DNA from: an uncultured bacterium
Lineage (GTDB): Bacteria; Eisenbacteria; RBG-16-71-46; CAIMUX01; WJJG01
Direction of reading: 5' to 3'
Assembly (NCBI GenBank): GCA_964506245.1
Contig: CAZDKK010000001.1
Span: 289-64,288 of the forward strand
DNA length: 64,000 bases
Shown here: positions 28,815 through 35,350 of the stretch, piece after piece
Layout: every line of letters starts with the position of its first letter
Position numbering within the stretch: position 1 is the first letter of the stretch
The notes under the pieces: model-generated
The model's input: only the letters and a program-made list of their open reading frames with translations
Database searches by the model: none
Told to the model about the DNA's origin: nothing
Translations under genes and position numbers: made by a program

Positions 28815-29576
28815 TCAGGCGCAGCCGGTGGCTAGCCAGCATGCCCAATCGGGACGCCCGTTGCGCAGCGCACTCTGGGCGGCCGCGGGCCAGTCATAGG
28901 CCACAGCGACCGGCTCGACGTTCCAGCCGTCCGGCGCATGCGACAGGATGGCGTAGCGAGCGTGCGGCGTGCCGGCTGCCATCGCGTGGGCGTGCGGATC
29001 CTGGTCGCGGTAGGCGGGCAACCCGACGCTGCCGGGGTTCACGAGGCGCCGGCCGCCTGGCAGGGTCAGCGAGTAGGGCAGGTGATCGTGACCACACAGC
29101 ACGATGCTCGCGCGGACACTCGCCAGCCGCCGTTCCAGGTCCACGGCCGTGCGTCTGACGGCGCCCTTCGGGGTGATGTCGTGGAGGAGGTAGGCATCAT
29201 CCCGCTCGGGCGTACCGTGACAGAGGAGCAGCCCGTTCTCCAGGGTCAGCGTGAGGGGAAGACCCGACAACCAGGCGAGGTGCTCCGGCTCCAGCTGGCG
29301 CAGAACGTACCCCACCGTTGCCGGATGGGATCCTGCGGCGCCGGGCTCGCAGAGCCTGCGGTCCTCGTTGCCGCGCACGGTCGGCTGATCGTGGGCCATC
29401 AACAGGCGAATCGTCCCGGCCGGGTCCAGGGGACCATAGACGCAGTCCCCGAGGTTCACGTAGCCGGCGATGCCACGCCGCGAGAGATCGTCCAGCACCG
29501 CCTCGAAGGCCCAACGGTTGCCGTGGATGTCGGACAGGACGGCGAGGCTGAAGTCGCGACACTGCGAAACGTCCAC
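28815..29576 (-). CDS. Calcineurin-like metallophosphoesterase
   Basis: MPP motifs DIHGN, GDCVYGP, GNED, GHDH (SDIHGNRWAFEAV..., LCGHDHLPY). Confidence 0.8.
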   Translation of the reverse strand: MDVSQCRDFSLAVLSDIHGNRWAFEAVLDDLSRRGIAGYVNLGDCVYGPLDPAGTIRLLMAHDQPTVRGNEDRRLCEPGAAGSHPATVGYVLRQLEPEHLAWLSGLPLTLTLENGLLLCHGTPERDDAYLLHDITPKGAVRRTAVDLERRLASVRASIVLCGHDHLPYSLTLPGGRRLVNPGSVGLPAYRDQDPHAHAMAAGTPHARYAILSHAPDGWNVEPVAVAYDWPAAAQSALRNGRPDWACWLATGCA

Positions 29577-29706
29577 CGAACCCCCTCTGCAGACCGAGCG
29601 TGCCTCGAGCCCGAGGTCGAGCCCGCCGGGGGCTCGCGAGCAGAAGCAGCAGGCTCGCGTCAGGGGTCCACCGGGTCGCGGGGGGAGTGCAGTCTTCCCG
29701 AACCGC

Positions 29707-30066
29707 TCAGGTGATTCCCAGCTCGGTCAGACGTGCGCGGGCCTCGGCCTCGGTTTCCCGCACGTTCAGCACACCCTCCAGACCGACGATGCCCATGACG
29801 CAAAGCACCCGGGGCGAACAGCTGTACACCGACATGGCTCCCCCGATCTGCTGTGCACGCGCCAGCAGGCGCACCAATATGCCGATGCCGCCGCTGCTCA
29901 TATATCGTACGCCGCTCATGTCGATGAGAAGGGCTGGCGCCCCCGGGCCTACCCGATCCGAAACCCCGTCCCACAATGCAGCCGCGCCGAGCGCATCGAG
30001 GTTCCCCTCAAGCCTCACGCGATGGCAATGCTTGAGTTCCGTGTCCCGTTCACAGACCACGCGCAT
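29707..30066 (-). CDS. STAS-domain anti-sigma-factor antagonist (SpoIIAA-like)
   Basis: 119 aa with the conserved phosphorylatable-serine region (LLIDMSGVRYMSSGGIGILV). Confidence 0.8.
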   Translation of the reverse strand: MRVVCERDTELKHCHRVRLEGNLDALGAAALWDGVSDRVGPGAPALLIDMSGVRYMSSGGIGILVRLLARAQQIGGAMSVYSCSPRVLCVMGIVGLEGVLNVRETEAEARARLTELGIT

Positions 30067-30229
30067 CGCTCAGGCCTCCCCAGCCGCTCACCCGATGCGG
30101 AAATCCGCATCCTGTGAAGGAAAAACCCCCCGCATCTTCCTCGGAAGTCCGCACCGCACCGCCGGCCGCCCCTGGGGCATCCTGCCCCAACCATCCCAAT
30201 CTGCACCGCTTAGTTGCGGCCTCTCGCGG

Positions 30230-30246
30230 AGGAACGATACTTGCAC
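30230..30246 (+). promoter_or_regulatory. Candidate sigma54 (-24/-12) promoter upstream of the octad-repeat protein gene
   Basis: aGGaACG-N4-TTGCA, with the GG and GC elements 12 nt apart as in the consensus TGGCACG-N4-TTGCA. The -12 element TTGCA is perfect. It lies about 85 nt upstream of the ATG at 30332. A receiver-less sigma54 EBP gene is adjacent. Confidence 0.35.
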
Positions 30247-30331
30247 TCCCCCAGGCCAGATCCAGCGCTTCCTGCGATGGATCTGGGTTGAGACAGGAAG
30301 CTACCCGTTAATCCTAAGCAAGGAGGTCGCC

Positions 30332-30940
30332 ATGTCCACTCATTCGTTCAAGCGCCCCACCACCGTTGCTTCGGAGGCGTGTCCGCCCCCTGCAGGAGCG
30401 ACGACCACCGGTGCAGCAGCCATCACTCCCGAGGAGTTTGAGAAGCTCACCCCGGAGCAGATCGCCGCCCTCACGCCCACGCAGATTCGGGCTCTGAGCC
30501 CGAAGTGCTTGTCGCGCCTGAGCCCCAAGCAAGCTGCCTCCCTCACGCCGAAGTGCTTGGTGACGCTGGCCCCGAAGCAGGTTGCCACCATCGCCCCCAA
30601 GTGCTTTGCGACCCTGGCCCCGCGGCAGTTCGCCAGCATCGCCCCGAAGTGTCTGGCGACGCTGGCCCCGAAGCAGATTGCGAGCGTGGCCCCCAAGTGC
30701 TTTGCGACGCTGGCCCCGAGGCAGTTCGCCAGCCTCGCCCCGAAGTGTCTGGCGACGCTGGCCCCCAAACAGGTCGCGAGCGTCGCCCCGAAGTGTCTGG
30801 CGACGCTGGCCCCGAAGCAGTTCGCCAGCCTCGCCCCGAAGTGTCTGGCGACGCTGGCCCCCAAGCAGGTCGCCGCGCTCGCCCCGCGCCAGGTGGCCGC
30901 GCTGTCGCCCCGGCAGGTCGCGGCCCTGCCGATGGGCTAG
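30332..30940 (+). CDS. Cys/Pro-containing octad tandem-repeat protein (203 aa); no family assignment, candidate substrate/precursor of the adjacent module
   Basis: ATG at 30332 with an AAGGAGG RBS. After a 38-aa N-terminus the rest consists of 20 consecutive 8-residue repeats L-[ATS]-P-[KRET]-[QC]-h-[AS]-x, alternating LAPKCLAT / LAPKQVAS, and ends in LPMG. Confidence 0.7.
   Translation: MSTHSFKRPTTVASEACPPPAGATTTGAAAITPEEFEKLTPEQIAALTPTQIRALSPKCLSRLSPKQAASLTPKCLVTLAPKQVATIAPKCFATLAPRQFASIAPKCLATLAPKQIASVAPKCFATLAPRQFASLAPKCLATLAPKQVASVAPKCLATLAPKQFASLAPKCLATLAPKQVAALAPRQVAALSPRQVAALPMG
30446..30925 (+). repeat. Tandem repeat of about ten 48-bp units (20 x 24-bp half-units) inside the CDS, encoding the octad repeats
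   Basis: Near-identical units gccccgaagtgtctggcgacgctggccccgaagcagttcgccagcctc are read directly in the sequence. Confidence 0.85.
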
Positions 30941-30943
30941 AAG

Positions 30944-30959
30944 GCAGAGACGTCTGCCC
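30944..30959. terminator. Short hairpin (ggcaga-gacg-tctgcc) between convergent genes; possible bidirectional terminator
   Basis: A 6-bp stem with a 4-nt loop immediately after the repeat-protein stop. No U-tract follows, so it is weak. Confidence 0.2.
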
Positions 30960-30994
30960 GGAACGGGGGGCTCTCGCAGCGGGAGTCCCCACGT

Positions 30995-32251
30995 TCATTC
31001 CTTGCGCTCGATGACCTCGGACAGCCTCAGCAGGTCTTCCCGATAGGCCTGGGGCAGCTTGGCGAACGCCTTGCGCAGCGCGATCATCCGCCTTCCAGGA
31101 CTGTTCCCACCGCGCTCCCAAGCGCGGATCGCCACGCGCAGTGTCTGCCCCAATTTGCGCTGCACCAGCGGAGCCAGAGACGGATCACCGGCCAGGCCGA
31201 GGGCCGCAGCCTCCAGGTTGCCGCGCTCCGCGGCGAGTGCGCGGAATCCCTCGCCCGCCAGGTAGTAGGTCAGACCGCTCCGGGAACAGACTGGAACGCT
31301 GCGCCGGGGAGAGGTGCGCCGTCGAGCGGTAAGCATGCGTTCTGCCAGCGCGATGTTGAAGTGGTACACGCGCAGCTGCTCGATCACCCAGGCACCGACC
31401 TCGCTGCCGGGCTGGAGGCGGGGGGAGCTGGCCAACCCATCACTTGGTGGAGCGTCCGAGAGCCGGTGGCGCGCGAAGACGGCGGAGACGTGCCGATCGT
31501 GGATCTCCTGGCCGCGCGCTTCAATGAGCAGCGCGCTCACGATGTTTTGAAGCTCGCGCACGTTCCCTGGATAGGCGTAGGCGAACAGGCGGCGCAGCGC
31601 AGCCGGATGGACGGGCGGGCAGGGCCCCCCGAGCTGCGCCGATCGTTCTCTGAGGAAGTGGTTGATCAACAGAGGAAGGTCTTCCCGCCGTTCGCGGAGC
31701 GGCGGCAGATGCAGCGGAAAGACGGCCAGACGGTAGTAGAGGTCACGCCGAAACTCCCCATTGCGAACCGCCCGTTCCAGGCTGCGATTGGTCGCGGCCA
31801 CCACACGCGCCTCGGTCTTGAGCTGTCGCTCCCCACCGACCGGCAGAAAGACGCCGTCCTGCAACACGCGCAGGAGACGGACCTGCGCGGAGGGAGACAT
31901 CTCGGCAATCTCATCCAGGAAGACGGTTCCGTGACCTGCGCGCTCGAACAGCCCCCGATGGGCGCGCACCGCGCCCGTGAAAGCCCCGGGCACGTGGCCG
32001 AAGAGTTCGCTCTCCAGCAGAGACTCGGGAATCGCCCCGCAGTTGATGGTCTCGAAAGGCTGCCGGTCGCCGCAGGAGATCTCGTGCACAATCGTCGCGA
32101 TCAGCTCCTTGCCCGTTCCCGACTCGCCTTCCAGCAGTACGGGGCAGTGCACCGCGGCTACCTTCGCGACATCCTCGAGAACCGCGCGAATGACCGCGCT
32201 CTCTCCCACACAGCGGAGAAACGCCGGATGTTGCGTCTCGCTCGGGGCCAT
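30995..32251 (-). CDS. Sigma54-dependent transcriptional activator lacking a receiver/sensor N-domain (AAA+ domain plus C-terminal DNA-binding region)
   Basis: ATG at 32251 (MAPSETQHPAF). Motifs LLEGESGTGKELIA, ESELFGHVPGAFTGA (GAFTGA), FLDEIA, RELQNIV. Putative Fis-like HTH, then an extra C-terminal region of about 90 aa. Confidence 0.85.
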   Translation of the reverse strand: MAPSETQHPAFLRCVGESAVIRAVLEDVAKVAAVHCPVLLEGESGTGKELIATIVHEISCGDRQPFETINCGAIPESLLESELFGHVPGAFTGAVRAHRGLFERAGHGTVFLDEIAEMSPSAQVRLLRVLQDGVFLPVGGERQLKTEARVVAATNRSLERAVRNGEFRRDLYYRLAVFPLHLPPLRERREDLPLLINHFLRERSAQLGGPCPPVHPAALRRLFAYAYPGNVRELQNIVSALLIEARGQEIHDRHVSAVFARHRLSDAPPSDGLASSPRLQPGSEVGAWVIEQLRVYHFNIALAERMLTARRRTSPRRSVPVCSRSGLTYYLAGEGFRALAAERGNLEAAALGLAGDPSLAPLVQRKLGQTLRVAIRAWERGGNSPGRRMIALRKAFAKLPQAYREDLLRLSEVIERKE

Positions 32252-32400
32252 GGGGTGCGTGACCCCCCATCTGTCTCTCGGTAACCGCGCAGCCGCCACG
32301 CTGTCACGTCGGCCACGGTCGGGAGCCGCAACCTCCGTCGAGGTCACCGTCCCGTTTGCGGAGCCCGCCGGTCGATCGCGGGCCGTGAGGAAATGCCGCG

Positions 32401-33216
32401 ATGCGTTTCCGCGCTGCGAGGACCAAGCCGCAGTGGGCGTTCCTGCTGTCCCTGGGCCTGCTGGCGGCATCATCGCCGGCGCCCGCGCAGTCAAGCGCGG
32501 CGCCGGCGGACACGGATGGCGATCCGAGCCTCTCCGCCGATTCGCGCATCTTTCCCGGCATCCTGCTGCCGGCCAGCACAGCCCTGATCAAGGCCCCGCG
32601 CGACGAGAGGATCGCATCGGTCGCGGTCCACGTCGGTGACGTCGTGAGGAAGGGACAACTCCTGATCGAGCTGGTGGCCGACGAAGAACGCGTGACCCAA
32701 GGACGCGCAGCGGCGGTGCTCGAGCAGGCGCGGGACGAGCTCGACCGCGTGCGGCGGCTGTCCGCGGAACACCTGACCTCCGACGAGGCCCTCGAGGTGG
32801 CCGAGACCGCCTACCGGATCGCGCGCGCCGATCACGAGCTGGACTCGCTGCGCTACGCGGAATCCTCGATCCGGGCCCCCTTCGACGGCGTGGTCGCGGA
32901 GCTCCGCGTGGACCCTGGAACATCGGTCGAGACCGGTGACAACCTGGTGCGCGTTGCCTCCAGGTCGCTGCTGCGCCTGGAGGTTCTGCTCCCCGAGGAG
33001 ATGCTGCCAGCCTTCACCGTCGCGACGGTGGTGGAGGTGCAGCCCACCCATCCCGACACGACGCTCCACTTGCCGGTGTACGCACGTCCGCTGGTGGTGG
33101 ACCCGAGCAGCGGCACGTTTACGCTGGAGATCGAGGTCCCCAACAAGGCTGGGCGCCTGATTCCTGGTGTAAGCTGCCAGGTGAGCGTGCGAACAGCGTC
33201 GGGCGATGCACCGTGA
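32401..33216 (+). CDS. Short periplasmic HlyD-family membrane-fusion/adaptor protein (biotin-lipoyl-like plus beta-barrel)
   Basis: Signal peptide. Lipoyl-like hairpin motifs (ILLPASTALIKAPRDERIASVAVHVGDVVRKGQLLIEL... IRAPFDGVVAELRVDPGTSVETGDNLVRVAS). TGA overlaps the GTG of the next gene. Confidence 0.75.
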   Translation: MRFRAARTKPQWAFLLSLGLLAASSPAPAQSSAAPADTDGDPSLSADSRIFPGILLPASTALIKAPRDERIASVAVHVGDVVRKGQLLIELVADEERVTQGRAAAVLEQARDELDRVRRLSAEHLTSDEALEVAETAYRIARADHELDSLRYAESSIRAPFDGVVAELRVDPGTSVETGDNLVRVASRSLLRLEVLLPEEMLPAFTVATVVEVQPTHPDTTLHLPVYARPLVVDPSSGTFTLEIEVPNKAGRLIPGVSCQVSVRTASGDAP

Positions 33217-35273
33217 ACCCTGCGCGGGTCTACCAGCTCCGCCACGACCTGGTCATTCGGCGGCGCGTCTTCGGCGAATCGGTCAAGTACTTGGTCAAGG
33301 ACCCGCAGCGCCTCGAGTACTACACCATCGACGAGTGGACCTACCAGCTGCTCTCCTTGTGCGATGGCCACCGCGACCTGGGGGCGCTGAGCGCCGCTGC
33401 CCGTGAACGTCTTCCGGACATGGACCTGAACCCGTTGACGATTCTGGAGTTCTGCGAGACCTATCGGCGTTTCCACTTCTTCGAGGACAGCTGGGAGCGG
33501 AATATCCTGCTGATCGAGCAACGCCGCGGCTCGCGCCTGAAGCGCTTGCGCAAGGCATTCGCCAACCCGCTCGAGATCCATCTGCCAGCCTGGGACCCGG
33601 ACCTCTTCTTCAGCCGCATCGTCCGGCCCCTGGGTTTCCTGTACACGCGATCGGCGCTGGTGGTCTACGCCACACTGATCCTGCTGGCGATCTGGCTCTC
33701 CGCCACCCACGCGGATGAGTTCGCGCTGTCCTTCCGGGAGCTGTGGGTGATTCCCGGGAAGACGGGCTTGGGCCTGATCGCGCTGTGGGCGGCGCTGCTC
33801 CTGACCGTCGTGATGCACGAGGTCGGGCATGGCCTGACCTGCAAGCACTACGGCGGCGGCGTCCACAAGATCGGCTTTCTCCTGCTCTACTTCAATCCCT
33901 GCATGTTCTGCGACGTGACCGAGAGTTACTTCTTCGATGACCGGCGCAAGAAGCACGCGGTGACCCTGGCGGGCGGACTGGTCGATCTGCTCACCGCCGC
34001 GGCCGCGACGTTTGTCTGGTACTTCACGGTGCCGGATCTCTTCCTGAACGCCGTGGCCCACCGGGTGGCGATCTTCAACGGCGTGACGGGCATCTTGGTC
34101 AACTACAATCCGCTGATGAAATACGATGGTTACTTCCTGTTCAGCGATCAGCTCGGGATCCCGAATATGCGGGGCGAGTCGTTCCACTTCCTGGGCAACC
34201 GCGTCCGCGGGCTCTTGCGACTGCCGCACGAGGAGGAGCTGGTCTCCGCGCGCGAGCGCCGGATCTTCTGGATCTACGGGATCTGCGCGTTCGCCTACAG
34301 CGTCTTCGTGCTGTGGTTCGTCCTGCGCTTCGTCGGGGGGTGGCTCGTGCATCTCCTCCGGGGCGCCGGGTACGTCCTGACCGCCGCGTTGCTGTTCCTG
34401 ATGACCAAGGGCTACTCGCGCAGGCTATTCGGCTTCGCGCGTTTCGTGGCGCTGGACAAGGGCGGGCATTTCCGCCGCTACCGGGTGCCCTACCTGGCGG
34501 GACTGGCGGCAACGCTGGCCGCGCTCTTCCTGCTGCCCGTCCCGCGCCACGTGCGGGGGGAATTCGTGCTGCACCCGGGGAGCGAGGTCGTGGTGCGGGC
34601 CGAGGTGACAGGCGTGATCGAGTCGGTGCATGCTGACGAGGGGGATCGCGTGGCCGCGGCAAGCACACCGGTCGTGCTGCGCGCCGAGAACGTGATTCTC
34701 GGGGTGGAGGAAGCGCGCAGCCTGCGGCAGTCGGCCGGGGCGCAGCGCGCCGCAGCGCAGGTCGCCGGGGAGCCAGCCGCCGCGGTGGCTGCTGCGGCCA
34801 GGATGACCGCTGGGCAGGCGCTCGAGCATTACTACCGCTCCCGCGAGGTGTATCTGCGCCCACCGGCGCCGATCAGCGGCATCGTATTGACGCCCCGCCT
34901 GCGCGAAAGGGTCGGTCTGGCGTACGTTCCGGGAGACACCCTCTACGTGGTCGGCGAACTGGGCACGCTCCGCGCCGAGGTTCTCCTGGACGAACGTGAC
35001 ATGGGGCTGTTGACCCCCGACCAGCCGGTAGAACTGCGCACGCGCGCGACCGCGGGGCAGAGGCTCCTGGGTCACATCGAGCAGATCTCCCAGGAGCCTT
35101 CGGCCCTGCGGACTCGGCCGCTCTACCGGGTCGTCGTGCGCGTCGAGAACCCGGAGGAGATCTGCCGGCCGGGGCAAGAGGGCGTGGCCCGGTTCGCTGC
35201 GGGAAGGCTCTCGTTGATCGGTCATGCTCTGTCTGGGCTGGCCCGGACGTTCCGGATCGAGTTCTGGGTGTGA
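33213..35273 (+). CDS. Tripartite fusion: N-terminal PqqD-like RRE domain, membrane M50 (site-2 protease type, HExxH) metalloprotease, C-terminal HlyD-like domain
   Basis: Residues 5-95 follow the PqqD/RRE pattern (RVYQLRHDLVIRRR...YYTIDEWTYQLLSLCDGHRDLGAL...LTILEFCETYRRFHFF). Multi-TM core with HEVGHGLTCKHYGG. C-terminal HlyD-like beta-barrel/lipoyl motifs (VRAEVTGVIESVHADEGDRV..., VVRVENPEE..RPGQEGVARF). Confidence 0.75.
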   Translation: MNPARVYQLRHDLVIRRRVFGESVKYLVKDPQRLEYYTIDEWTYQLLSLCDGHRDLGALSAAARERLPDMDLNPLTILEFCETYRRFHFFEDSWERNILLIEQRRGSRLKRLRKAFANPLEIHLPAWDPDLFFSRIVRPLGFLYTRSALVVYATLILLAIWLSATHADEFALSFRELWVIPGKTGLGLIALWAALLLTVVMHEVGHGLTCKHYGGGVHKIGFLLLYFNPCMFCDVTESYFFDDRRKKHAVTLAGGLVDLLTAAAATFVWYFTVPDLFLNAVAHRVAIFNGVTGILVNYNPLMKYDGYFLFSDQLGIPNMRGESFHFLGNRVRGLLRLPHEEELVSARERRIFWIYGICAFAYSVFVLWFVLRFVGGWLVHLLRGAGYVLTAALLFLMTKGYSRRLFGFARFVALDKGGHFRRYRVPYLAGLAATLAALFLLPVPRHVRGEFVLHPGSEVVVRAEVTGVIESVHADEGDRVAAASTPVVLRAENVILGVEEARSLRQSAGAQRAAAQVAGEPAAAVAAAARMTAGQALEHYYRSREVYLRPPAPISGIVLTPRLRERVGLAYVPGDTLYVVGELGTLRAEVLLDERDMGLLTPDQPVELRTRATAGQRLLGHIEQISQEPSALRTRPLYRVVVRVENPEEICRPGQEGVARFAAGRLSLIGHALSGLARTFRIEFWV

Positions 35274-35350
35274 GGCGCCGGTGACTGGCGCGACCTTGCC
35301 TTCGGTCGCGTCGGGTCCCGGACCGTGAAGCGGAGAGCCCCGCAGCGGGG

